Assembly (NCBI RefSeq): GCF_006345805.1
Contig: NC_043003.1
Coordinates: 85,498,001-85,562,000, forward strand
Reading direction: 5' to 3'
DNA length: 64,000 bases
From: Octopus sinensis
Lineage: Eukaryota
Part shown: piece after piece, positions 37,844-50,830 of the stretch
How positions within the stretch are numbered: position 1 is the stretch's first letter
How the letters are laid out: each line of letters begins with the position of its first letter
Notes under the pieces: generated by a model
The model's input: only the letters and a program-made list of their open reading frames with translations
What the model was told of the DNA's origin: nothing
Databases searched by the model: none
Program-made: the position numbers and the translations under genes

Positions 37844-37879
37844 CTTTTACATTTCGAGCCTATGCTCTTCAACAGAAAG
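37844..37879 (-). ncRNA. Minimal type-I hammerhead-ribozyme-like motif, variant core
   Basis: Minus strand CTTT-CTGTTGA-A-GAGC(ATAG)GCTC-GAAA-TG-TA-AAAG. Confidence 0.5.
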
Positions 37880-38456
37880 GAATTAGAGAAAATATACATA
37901 TACACATGTATGCATACTTATATACAATATATACCCATGTGATGTTTCCAGAAGTTATTTCCATCATGATAGGGTTTCTTTACAAGAACCTTGTCTCACC
38001 AGATATTTTGGTCCTTTGTTTTTTTCTCTGTGAGGCTCAGGGTCTTAAAGACAGCCTTCATCCCTTATTTTCCTTCTTCACAAGCTCCAGCCACATTTAG
38101 TGATCGACCCTTTTTATACAGCTGTCCTCAACCATATGCATTACGTGTCCATACCAGTACAGTCTTCCTTCATGCATACTACATCTGATTCCTCTTATGA
38201 CCAGTCTTTTTTTATAGTACATTTATACTATGATCCTCATGCACGCTTAGATTTCACATCCAACAGAGTATGCTCACTTAATTTCTTTCCAGTCTTCTTA
38301 TGTCCTTTGCATTCGAGGCCCACATCTCACTACCATGCAGCATTGCCAGCAACAGTAGAAGCCCTCTGAACTTTTTCTAACCTGTTCTTACTGTAGCGAC
38401 TAAGCTTTCAGAGCAACCACCTCTCTTGCTAACAACATCCCTGATATATATATATA

Positions 38457-38688
38457 TATATATATGGAGAAAAAAGTCTAGGAAGAAAATGCTAAAATAA
38501 TTTTATAAAAACCATTTCAGTACTGGTTTCAGTCATTGAGACTTTTTCTACTGTAAGTAAGGAAAATTTCCAAAATTTAATTGTTTTCCATACAGTTGAA
38601 AAAGTCTCAATGACTGAAACCGGTACTGAAATGTTTTTTATAAAATTATTTTAGCATTTTCTACCTTGACTTTTTTTTCCATATATAT
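38457..38688. repeat. ~230-bp palindrome in (TA)n carrying two inverted hammerhead-like motifs
   Basis: Arms ~100 nt with few mismatches; motifs at 38518-38553 (-) and 38593-38628 (+). Confidence 0.85.
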
Positions 38689-38929
38689 CAACTTGTGTGT
38701 TCCTTTTCAACCTTCTACATATATATATATAGGCTTGAAACTTTTGCTAAAACCAAAGTCCTAATAAAGTAGGAGGGCAAGGAAACCACAAATCCCTTCA
38801 GGTAGATGGCCCTGCTCGATCTGTAGAAAAGGCATAGGCAGAAACTCTATAAGATGTACCCAGTGTAAGCTATGGACACAAGAGGTGCAGCAATATCAAA
38901 GGAAGGCTAACTGGGAAGATAGTTTTTGT

Positions 38930-40090
38930 ATGTGGCTGATGCTCAGGATCAATAAACACTGAAAACGTGCAGAGAACAACTTCCATCACATTCTAGGGAG
39001 AAAAACTAGAAGTAGTTGATAGCTTCCGTTACCTAGGTGACCAAGTCAGTAGCAGGGGAGGGTGCACTGAAAGTGTAGCTGCTAGAATAAGAATAGCCTG
39101 GGCAAAGTTCAGAGAGCTCTTACCTCTGCTGATGACAAAGAGCCTCTTGCTCAGAGTAAAAGGTAGACTGTATGATGCATGTGTACGAACAGCCATGCTA
39201 CATGGCAGTGAAACATGGGCTATGACTGCTGAGGATATGCGTAAGCTCGCAAGGAATGAAGCTAGTATGATCCGATGGATGTGTAATGTTAGTGTGCATA
39301 CTCGACAGAGTGTAAGTACCTTGAGAGAAAAGTTGGAGCTAAGAAGCATCAGATGTAGTATGCAAGAGAGACGATTACGCTGGTATGGTCATGTGGCAAG
39401 AATGGATGAGGATAGCTGTGTGAAAAAGTACCACACCCTAGCAGTTGAGGGAACCTGTGGAAGCGGTAGACCTGGGATGAAGTGGTGAAGCACGACCTTC
39501 AAACATTAGGCCTCACTGAGGCAATGACCAGTGACCAAAACTTTTGGAAATATGCAGTGCTTGAGAAAACCCGGCAAGCCAAGTGGGACCATAACCTTGT
39601 GGCCTAAGCCAGGGTGGTAACCAGCCCACTTATGAGTACCTTCCCTTCATTGGACACTGCTTGTGAAGACCTGTTGAGACAAGTGAAATCAAAATCAAAT
39701 TCGATGACTGGCATCCGTGCTAGTGGAGCACTAAGAGCACCATCCGAGCGTGATCCTTGCCAGAGTGCCAGTGGCACGTAAAAAGCACCATTCGAGGGTG
39801 ATCGTTACCAGCGTCGCCTTACTGGCAGTTGTGCAGGTGACGCGTAAAAAAAAAAGATTTTTTTGGTCATTGCCAGTACCGCCTGACTGGCCCTCGTGTC
39901 GGTGACACGTAAAAGCACCCACTACACTCTCGGAGTGGTTGACGTTAGGAAGGGGATCCAGCTGTAGAAACTCTGCCAGATCAAGATTGGAGCCTGGTGC
40001 AGCCATCTGGTTCGCCAGTCCTCAGTCAAATCGTCCAACCCATGCTAGCATGGAAAGCGGACGTTAGACGATGATGATGATGTTGATGAT
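38930..40090 (+). mobile_element. RTE LINE, 5'-truncated (RT C-terminus, 3' UTR, tail)
   Basis: ORF 39132-39488 GRLYDACVRTAMLHGSET...RRLRWYGHVARM; (GAT)n at ~40070. Confidence 0.9.
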
Positions 40091-40213
40091 ATATATATAT
40101 ATATATAGGCTCGAAACTTTTTCACTTCCCGAGCGTTAAACTAATACACCTGTTTGTTGTCTACACCTCCTGTCTTCGTCTTTTGTTGGGTTTTTTTTTG
40201 TGAATTCTCCCCA

Positions 40214-40247
<34 letters not shown>

Positions 40248-40248
<1 letters not shown>

Positions 40249-41140
40249 TAGCAGTATCGCCCGGGTTTGTAAGGGAAATAACTATATAAGCATTTTTAGA
40301 GAGTTATAGCAAAAAAATGCATTAAAAATGGAATAAAAAATGATGGTAATTTTTTTTTAATCGTTGACTCATCGTAGACATTTTTAGAGAGTTACTTCCC
40401 TTATATAATAGCGAAAAAATGCATTAAAATGGAAAAAATGATGGTAATTTTTTTTTTAATCGTAGACTCATCGTAGACGCACGCTAATACCCAGAAGGGC
40501 TCGATATGAATCACGACTATAAGATACCCGGTTTTAGTTAAACTGCACCGCAAAATGTGGGAGTAGTTAGGAATCTAAATCGTAGGAGACAGACACACAA
40601 CTTCACTTTTATATATAAAGATTTGTGCAACAACTAAAACATTCGGTTGGGCAAATTATTTGCACGGGAAACCTTCCCTGTGTGGCGTGTTTCCCGATTT
40701 TGTAGAATTTGCTTTCGGGCTTTCTTAGCTATTTCTGTTTTGGTGTCTTCAAGCCATGAAGTCGTTGTTCTAAAAGAACGCTGGTCTCCTTGACAACGCT
40801 TTACGACGTTGATTTCCTTACACTCCCTTCCCCACAGCTTCACGAGGGAGGGAAGAAGGGGAGAAGCAACACAGGTGCAGGTGTGAGCATGGACGCCAAC
40901 TCCGCCGCCATCGACACACGAAAAATTATGCATTAAAATGGAATAAAAAATGATGTTAAATTATTTTAAAAATCGTAGACTCATCGTAGACGCGCGCTAA
41001 TACTCAGACGGGCTCGATATGAATCACGACTATAAGATACCCGAATTTGGTTAAACTGCACCGCAAAATGTGGGAGTAGTTAGGAATCTAAATCGAAGGG
41101 GACAGACACTCACACAACTACAGTTTTATATATATATAGA
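40248..41140 (-). mobile_element. Non-autonomous Helitron, composite with two 5' ends
   Basis: On the minus strand, TC...ATATATAAAA 5' termini at 41140 and 40621 and a CTAG 3' terminus at 40248-40251 next to T. ~190-bp internal direct repeat (~40420-40615 and ~40930-41130). Confidence 0.7.
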
Positions 41141-41379
41141 TATATATAAAGTTCAAATATAGGTTACAAACCCCCATAAGGGATAATAAAATCCAATGAA
41201 AATAATGGTTAGTTACCTATTTAAAAAGTGTTGACTATTACAATTAATATTCAACAGTAAGGTAACTAGTTAAACTGTGGTTTATATATATTTTAAGAAG
41301 ATAAGAAAATAGATAATGGATCCTCACTCTATTTTCCTATCTTCTTAATACACACACACATAAATGACTGAAGGGTTTT

Positions 41380-42300
41380 AGAGTTTCGCGATTTGATGCA
41401 AAATCAAGCCCTCTTGTTACTCATACAGCTAAAATATATATGTAGTAGTTCTGTGTAGAGCAACATTTTTGACTACCACTAACTACATCTCTAGTTAGAT
41501 CGTTCGATTTTCTAGAAATAACAGCGAAACACCCTGCATAGATACAGTAGTCCTAGATATATGAGAAGAGTATTTGGTCATGTCTTGGACGATTATTATT
41601 GAAAACCCGCTCAATTATGAGTTGATCTAAACAATATCCTCGCCTTAATCATCTGACCAAATGACCAATGAGAAACCTAGTGTTGTGACTTCCGCTGTAC
41701 TTTTATTCCAGAATTATGTAAATTTATTCGTTCAGCTTTTTTTGTTTCGTAATCCATTGCACGTGTCGAGAAACTCAGAGTAGCTACTGAGTGAATCTAT
41801 AACTTAGATCGACAATCTATCGATTGATCTATCTCAAACAGGAGATTATAAACTTACGTAAAGTTCCAACACAAAAACCATCAATTTTGTTTTCTGCGAG
41901 ATTTCAGCGTTAGAACTATAGTTTCCATTTCACATTTTATATTCACTCGCGATTTATATATGTAAGTATTCTGTAGAGATATCTTGTATTTATGAATCTT
42001 GTCAATCAGTGTTATGTAAATATTCTTTGTTATTCATTTACCTGTTTTTTTTTCATTACACTGATGCCATACTAAGGCATCATATCAACCTCAGTGCTAT
42101 ATGATATCTTCTTTTTTTTAAAAAAAAAGAAAGGTATTCGTATGAGATTTGGCTGCTATTTGTTAGATCAGCAACCGTGTTTCTTTTTGCAATATTAATA
42201 CTTATGGATGTAATGATATTTGCACAAAATTTTGAAGTTTAAAGGAATTCTCGGTAAGTTTACTATTAGGCCTATCTCACTTTAAGGTTTGCCGAAAAGA
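41380..42300 (+). promoter_or_regulatory. CpG-retaining putative promoter/first non-coding exon of the + strand ZNF gene
   Basis: CCAAT motif (~41664), GACTTCCG motif, GTAAGT donors at 41962 and 42254, and a strong acceptor at 49006 upstream of the ZNF ORF. The linkage is inferred. Confidence 0.35.
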
Positions 42301-42825
42301 ACGAGTAATTTCCGACGGTTTCGAATGGTCAGATTCATTCAAAACATCAAGGAAAATGTATAAACAAAAATTTATTGTCTAAATTTACCACTTTTTTTTT
42401 TAATGAAATTCTTACATTTCATTTTGAAACAGATTTAAGAAGGCAAAAATAAGATAGGTTTACTTTAACTAAAAGCGACAGCGTAAATTTAAGGTTATAT
42501 AGTGTAATGTAAAACGGGGAACTACATTGCATGGCTAAATAGTAGAGGTTATGTAAATGGTTGGAGACGTGATAGGAACTTCACGGAATTAATGACACAT
42601 ACACACGAAATAATTTTCATATTATCTCCATCAGAATGTGAAACTAACACTCGTAAAAAAATGCGAGTATTGTCTATTCATAACAATCGCTTAAATATTG
42701 GGGCTTGCATCTTTCTTGAGTAGGATGATGTGTCATAGTTGTAAATGAATTGGTATCTGTTTGAAAACTGATTTCGACGTTAAATATTTGTATTTACTTG
42801 ACAGATTGACTTGTGGGTATCCGTT

Positions 42826-43115
42826 TTGAGCCGACCAAAGTCAGTGGATTTGGTAGATGGAAATTGAAAGAAGCCTGTCGTATATATATATATATCTATA
42901 TGATTGTGTATTTGTGTCTGTCCCCTCTCCCGTCACCGCTTGACAACCGGTGTTGGTGTGTTTACGCCCCCATACCTTAGCGGTTCGGCAAAAGGGACCT
43001 ATATAATAAGTACTAGGCTTTAAAAAAGTCCTGAGATCTATTTGTTTGACTAAAACTTTTCAAGACAGTGCTCCAGCATGGCCGCAGTCAAATCACAAAA
43101 ACAAGTGAAAGAATA
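42826..43115 (+). mobile_element. SINE family A, 5'-truncated
   Basis: GTGGATTTGGTAGATGGAAA...GCTCCAGCATGGCCGCAGTC. Confidence 0.8.
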
Positions 43116-44979
43116 GGCTATCGATTCAACTTGGTTAGTTGAATATGTACCTTGATGGGCTAATTCCTGTAATTTGCTGATCGATCAGAAATCATGTATA
43201 CGTATTCAGTATTGACCTTTAAAAGTTCAATTTTATCCTGGTATGGTCTCTCCAGAGTGCACTGGAATTAGCTTGTATAATCGAGTGAGCATCCATATTT
43301 TGAGGCCCTTGTTAGCAAAGGAACATCCATTCACAAGGGATCTCGTTTGTTAGCGTACAGAGGAACTAGTTGCAGCACCATCTACTGCATGTCAACTTTT
43401 TATTTGCATGTCTGAAGCGTCATTAGTTTGGTTGTCCGTATATAATACTGTTGTATGTTCTACCTGGTCATCACTCAGGTATTGTAGGATTGGTGTGACT
43501 AACAGTGATTCCATATTTATATAGAAAGTGAATAGAATACTTCATAGGTCATGAGTGTTGTCACTCAATTTGATGAATGTACTTTGGTGTTTGGGAAATG
43601 TAGAACAACTGGTAAAAACAGTAGGTTTTAGGGAAAATGTTGCTGCAACAAAATAGAAAAGGGAATCATCCAGTGTTTTTTGTTTGTTGATGGCAAAGGA
43701 ACCATGAAATCGTTCACAACTGTGGCTAGCCATTATTTGGTTTTCATTGTTTGAATGAAATTGGGAGTTTATTTAATGACAAACAACAGTTTTAGTTGTA
43801 TTTCCTCTGTTCAGCCAAGTAAGGTTTTAGTATGCAGTCAGTGGATCATGCACTTTAAGGCAGGTAACAAAGAGCATCATGGATTTCTATTAGATTCTGG
43901 AGGTTCATGATTGAACAGTAGATTCTAGAAAACATGCCAGTGGCATGATTTTGTGTGCCTTGATGATGTAGAATGTCATAGAAGCAAGGTAGCTCAATCT
44001 GTCATTCATACACACTGACATTACACATCGAATAGTGTATGCTCACTTCATTTCCATCAAGCTATTGCAAACATATCATATTCAAGATTTTGTTTTGCTA
44101 ACATTGAACATCACACTTCCTACACAAGCATCATACAATTTGGTTGTTACATGGACAGATTTCCTTTGTTACTAATTGAAGTAACAACTCACATTATCAT
44201 CATCATCAATTTAATGTCTACTTTTCCATACTTGAATCAGGCAAGAAGAGTAACTTTTCCATACTGAGTGATAGCAGCATTGTGTCCCACCCACACATCA
44301 TCATCATCATCATCATTGTTTAACATTCATCTTCCATGCTAGCATGGGTGGGACATTCCACAATAAAATTTTCATACACCCTACCCTTAGAATCCAAACT
44401 ACATTTCCTCTCCCAAACTGCATCTTTTCTCTTTCTCACTATGATTTCACTATGATTGTACACTGTGATTATCTCTGACTTCCCGTCCCTGTCTTCATTG
44501 CCCTGCTCACTGTATTGCTGCTATCTCCATCCCCCTCTTTATTTCCAGGTTCTTGCCAATCACTGCAATATCCACCCCCATTCCCTACATGCACCCTCTT
44601 TGCAATACCTGGCCACATATATCATGGTCCCATACTTTGAGGGCTTTCCCTGACAGTTACTACCATTTATCTCTCTCATTTACTCTATCCTTCCATCTTT
44701 GCTCTGAATCCCATTCCTTGTGAGTATACCCTGACACTTCATCATCTTTCTGCTTCTTTGCTCTTCCTTCTGGCTGGGTAACCATGTATCTCCTCTACAG
44801 CAGCACATCTGTTTCTGCCCTCATTCTTAATGACTCTCTTCTTCTTTTGCTCTTCTCTCTGGTTAGGTAACCAAGTCTCTTTTACAGCAGCACACCTGTT
44901 TCAATCCTCTTTCTTGTTACCACTCTCTCCCTCCCCCTCTCTGTTTGTCTGTCTCTGTTGGCCAGTTAACCATGTACCT

Positions 44980-45400
44980 CCGTCATGGTGAGACACCTGT
45001 TTCTCTCTGTCACACACTAATCTTCCCTCCATCTGACGCAAGATAACCTCCAATGCCCCTGCCCCTCTCAAAATTCTTTGTCTTGCAAGATACTTGGTGA
45101 CCTTGCCAGTGCTGGTGCCATGTAAAAAAAACATCCAGTTCACAGTGTGAAGTGATTGGCATTTGGAAGGGCATCCAGCAGTAAAAATCGTGCCAAACCT
45201 GACGTCACCTGTGCTGATACTATCTAAAAAGCATCCAGTCCACTCTATGGGGTAGTTGGTATTAGAAAGGGCATCCAGCCATAAAAATCCATGCCAAAAT
45301 ACACTCAGTAGCCTGGTGTAGTCTTCTACCTGGCCGCATCCTGTCAAACTGTCCAACCCATGCCAAGATGGAAGACAGACATTAAATGATGATGTTGAAT
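44980..45400 (+). mobile_element. (GAT)n-tailed retroposon, family of 17224-17560
   Basis: GGAAGGGCATCCAGC repeats and tail ...GACATTAAATGATGATG. Confidence 0.55.
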
Positions 45401-45970
45401 CAGGTAAGAAGAGTACCTTGGGGAAAACTTTTCTATAGTTGGATGTCCTTCTTGTTGTCACCTTGCACTTGTTTCTTGTGGAGTATTAAGCTCTCAGTTT
45501 ATTGAACAGCAAACAGCCCAGACATGTTTCACAGTGAGAACTAGAAACAGATGATACTGTATGAATGAGCCTTTTCTTTACAAAGATTGTGTAATTAGTC
45601 AAAAAGCTCAGATATGCCTTTGTGGTAGGCTCCAAGCAATAGATACTATTTAACACTGTCAGCAAGACCTTTTGTATACAACTTGCAAATATAGATGAAG
45701 ACAAGGGAAATAGGAAAAGTCTGAAGTCAAAGTTATATCATTTCATGTGTACAGCAATTAAAAGAGCAAATAAATTACTTCACATGGCTTCTGAATAGCT
45801 GTTACATGTGGTTGAAATAGCACAATGACACTTGCAAATGGAAGGCTGGGTGCTTTTTTGTGTGTGTAAATTTATTCCTGTATTTATACTGTCCTACAGA
45901 AATCAGGCTACTTTTTGTGTGCCACCCACCATGTTTGTGTGTGTGTATGTATGTGTGTATATATATACAT

Positions 45971-46015
<45 letters not shown>

Positions 46016-46039
46016 ATCCAAACATGAAAATACTTGTAC

Positions 46040-48830
46040 CCTGAATTCCTCACTATACTTGTTGCCAACTCTCACCTTACTGACAGCATCCCTGCACATG
46101 GTTTGTACGACTCTCACCAACTACCTATATATCCCTAGCTTCTGCACTGACTATCAGATAAGGTTGCAGAGGACTCTGTCAAAGACTTTCTCCATGTCAA
46201 CAAAAGCCAAGTACAGAGGTTTATTTTTGGCTAGATATTTCTCCTGCAGTTGCCTAACTAGGAATATAGCATCAGTTGTGCTACTCATCATCATCATTTA
46301 ACGTCCGTTTTCCATGCTGGCATGGGTTGGACGGTTTGACTGGGGACTGGCAAGCCAGGGAGCTACACTAGGCTCCAATCTGATCTGGCAGTGCTTCTAC
46401 AGCTAGATGCCCATCCTAATGTCAACCACTCCGAGAGTGTAGTGAGTGCTTTTTACGTGTTACCTGCACAGGAGCCAGTCAGGCGGCACTGGCATCGGCC
46501 ATGTTCGGATGGTGCCTTTTATGTGCTACCAACACAGCAGCCAGTTGGGGTGGGGATGCTGGCATTGACCACGTTTGGATGGTGTTTTCTTATGTGCTAC
46601 TGGCACGGGAGCTAGTCAGGTGGCACAGGCAATGACCCACACATGAATGTGTGAACCCCTTCTTGTACCCAAAATTCATCACTATACTAATTGCCGACCC
46701 TTACCTTACTGACCACATCCCTGTACAGCTCTTATCAACTACTTGTCTATCTCTAGTTTCTGCATCGCCCACCAGGTAAGGGATCAGGGGACCCTGTCAA
46801 AGGCTTTCTCCAAATCAACAAAAGCCAAGTATAGGGGTTTATCTTTGGCTAGGTATTTCTCCTGCAGTTGCTTTACCAGAAATATAGCATCTGTAATGCT
46901 TCTACCTGGCACAAAACTGAACTGCATCTCATCTAAACAGACTCTCTCCCTAATTAGTTGGGCTATGACCCTCTCCATGACCTTCATCACCTGATCCAGC
47001 AGTTTGATACCCCTGTAGTTATTTCTATCTAAAGCATCACCTTTATCTTTTTAGCAGTTGACTATGGTGCTGCTACTCCAGTCATTGGGTTTGACTCCTT
47101 CGTGAACTACCTGATTTACAATATGGGTGACTTGACCATAACCTACACTACCTACTGCCTATCTCAAATCTAAACTGCATCTCATCTAGCCTAATTCTCT
47201 TGCTAATTAATTGAACTATGACCCTTTCTGGGATTTTCTTCACCTGGTCCAGTAGTTTGATGCCTCTGTAATTATTTCTGTTTAAGACATAACCTTTGCT
47301 TTTGTAGCATTTGACTATGATGCTGTTACACCAATCATTGGCTATGACTCCCCCATGGACAACCTGATTAACTATATGGATGAGTAGACTATACCCTACT
47401 CTGCCAGATGTTTTAAGCATCTCAGTGGAGATTCCTGATGGGGCAGGGGCTTTCCCTGTCTTCATGTCCTTAATTGTTTTATCTATTAAGCTACTGTCAA
47501 TTAGGATAGCTGGTCCTTCAGTTGGGACAACATTTGGCAGATTTTCCTTTTCCCATTCATTCTCCACATTTAAGCAGCCTTTCATAATGGCATTTCTAAG
47601 CCACTTTCTTTGCAGAATCATTAAATGCAAGTGCACCATCATCTATGCAGACATATTTCTCTCCTATGTTATCACAATTTTCTCTCACACACTGCCTTGC
47701 AATCCAAAACACTTCAAGTCTCTGTTCTCACATTGCTGAACATAGGCAAACTTCTTCTTCTTTCTGCTTCTTCCCTGGCTAGATATACCTGTCTCCTAGC
47801 TTCTCTTCTGGTTATCTGTTACCCCAGGCATCCAATCCTTCTGAGCCTGTTTCTTTGCTCGAATAGTCTTGTTGAGTATTGTTCCACCACCACATTACCC
47901 GAGGTCTGGATGGGACATTGCACCAGCTGCAGATTTAGTCTGCGGCACTCAGCAAGTTGTCCCACAGGAATTCCCGGTTGCCCTCTATGTCACAAGTCTG
48001 TAGTTTCTCGTCCTTCTCATCAAATTCCTCAATTAGGTTGTCCCTAAATCTCTGACAATATAAAGGGTCCTTAAGCTTCCAAATCCTTCTTTTCCAGATT
48101 CTCTGCTTCTTGGCATCCTTCTGGCCTGGAATCTAAAGTCATTAATGACTAGTCTATGCCGGGGGTACATTTTTCACCAGGGAAGGTCTTTCTATTTAGG
48201 AACAACCATGTATCCTACTCTCTGATGAGAATGTAATCAATCTGGCTAGCATGATTAATTGATTGGTAGGTTATCAGGTGCTAGCTAGCTTCCTGGAGTT
48301 GGTGTTGCAGATCAACAGGTTATTCATATCACAGAACTCCAGTAGTCTTGTCCCCTCTTTGTTTCAGGACCCAATTTAATAGCCCCCATGTACACCATGG
48401 ATGATACATGCCCATTGAAATCCCCAGCCATGCAAATGAGATCATTGTCGTTTGTCTTTGAGGTAGTGTGCAGAGGAATATCATAAAAGCAATTCTTTTG
48501 TTCATTTGGTAGACTTACTTGGTGAGCATAAGCAGAGATAATTGTCGCTATTCTAGTCTGCAAAACTGAGCATATGTATTCTATTGCACACTCTGACTAC
48601 CTCTATGACCTTATCCATCTATTTCTGTTGTACATGCACACTGACATTGCACATCCAGCAAAACATATTAGCTTCATTTCTTTCAGGTCTTAGGATGTCC
48701 TCGACAAGAAGTATGCCCACATTACCTACCCCATCATTGTCACCTTCCCAGATTTTATACCCATGTGTCTTGCCTTTGAAGAAACTGGCTGAAGCACCCC
48801 TCCACCTTACCTCTTGAATGCAACATGCCT
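46040..48830 (-). mobile_element. Cluster of RTE LINE fragments (endonuclease and RT pieces of different ages)
   Basis: MAGDFNGH (48324-48563), EGPAIL...GKAP.PSGI (47148-47642), QFSFVPGRSITDAIF...DLEKAFDRVP (46784-46990), plus an RTE tail at ~46290-46640. Confidence 0.85.
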
Positions 48831-49302
48831 ATATATAATATAATTAAGAGAAATAACCTCTATTAATTAATTCAATTGAAAGTGAAAAATATTATCTATA
48901 TTAAATCATATATCCTAGTTTGTTGGTATAGAAATGTAAAATTTCCACAGTTGAATCTCTACATTTTAAGTATCCTTTATACTTTATACTTTTTTTTTTT
49001 TTTCAGAATGAAGAATTTTAAAATCCAGATGCATCATCAATATTTATTGTCTTTATATCAGACTAAAGGAAGAAGTTATACAGAATAGATACTGCAAGAG
49101 AATTTTCATGAAGTATTTCCTCCAAATGAGTTTATTAGCAACCCTTCTTTACTTCACTAACTGGTATTTTTTGACTCTGCATTCTAATTAACTTAGACAA
49201 ATGTACAAAGGAATTGGCAGCATCATTCCAATATTAGCAAAGATAACAGTTGATGTATGGAAATATCTAAACACAAAATTATTAATATACTGTGGTGAGT
49301 AA

Positions 49303-50079
<777 letters not shown>

Positions 50080-50399
50080 TATCTAAACTGCTAAACTGAT
50101 TCCATGAACATAAATCTTGAAAGCATCCTCTGGTATGCTAATCTTGTCTCTTTCAAAAGCAAGGAAACACAAATACTATTCATATCAAGAAATCATTATT
50201 GCACCACACTGCATTTAATCATGATTAGCATGCAACTAGAACCCTCATAACTGATCCAATTATTGAGTCTAACTATCACTCAGTATCTCTCCTAGCAAGT
50301 GCTTATCCTTATAGTTCGGATTGTATACCAATTAGTAACCCTTCAGTAAGGAGCCAGGAGATACTTTAACATCCCCCTCCATACACACGCACACACACA

Positions 50400-50830
50400 C
50401 ATCTCCTCTTATTGACACTTTATAAAACTCAGATAAGACCCAAAATGAAGTATTGTTCCCTTGTTGGGGATGATACTGCTGCTGCATGCACAGACATGCT
50501 TCAGCCTTTGGCCCATATGTATGCTGTTATCTTATGCATTTTCTATTGCTACTATAGTGACGTTTGCACCTCTAAGTTGACTGGATTCATGCTACACTCA
50601 TTCTGGCATTCCCAACCTTCTCTTTTCATTCGCCTTGCTGGGTTCAATTCCTTAGCCCCACACTTGTCATTCCTTCCCAGAGTGCTGGTCTAGAATTTGC
50701 TTCCTGCTCATGACTTTACTGTGCGTGAGGAACAACGGCAACATTGATGTCATCTATCTCTTTCATCTTGGAGGGCTTGTGCTGGTTATGGGCATTGCTC
50801 TTTCTTCCAGCTCCAACAAATAATAAAATA
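50400..50830 (+). mobile_element. CR1/L2-group LINE 3' fragment
   Basis: LYKTQIRPKMKYCSLVG and FYCYYSDVCTSKL remnants, A-rich tail. Confidence 0.65.

Noticed and set aside
36705-37905. Several hydrophobic minus ORFs
   Set aside because: They arise from T-rich strands of short repeat elements and microsatellites.
43200-43740. Possible Penelope-like fragment on the minus strand
   Set aside because: Too decayed to identify diagnostic motifs with confidence.
44901-45461. 186-aa minus ORF
   Set aside because: Runs antisense through a retroposon tail and simple repeats.
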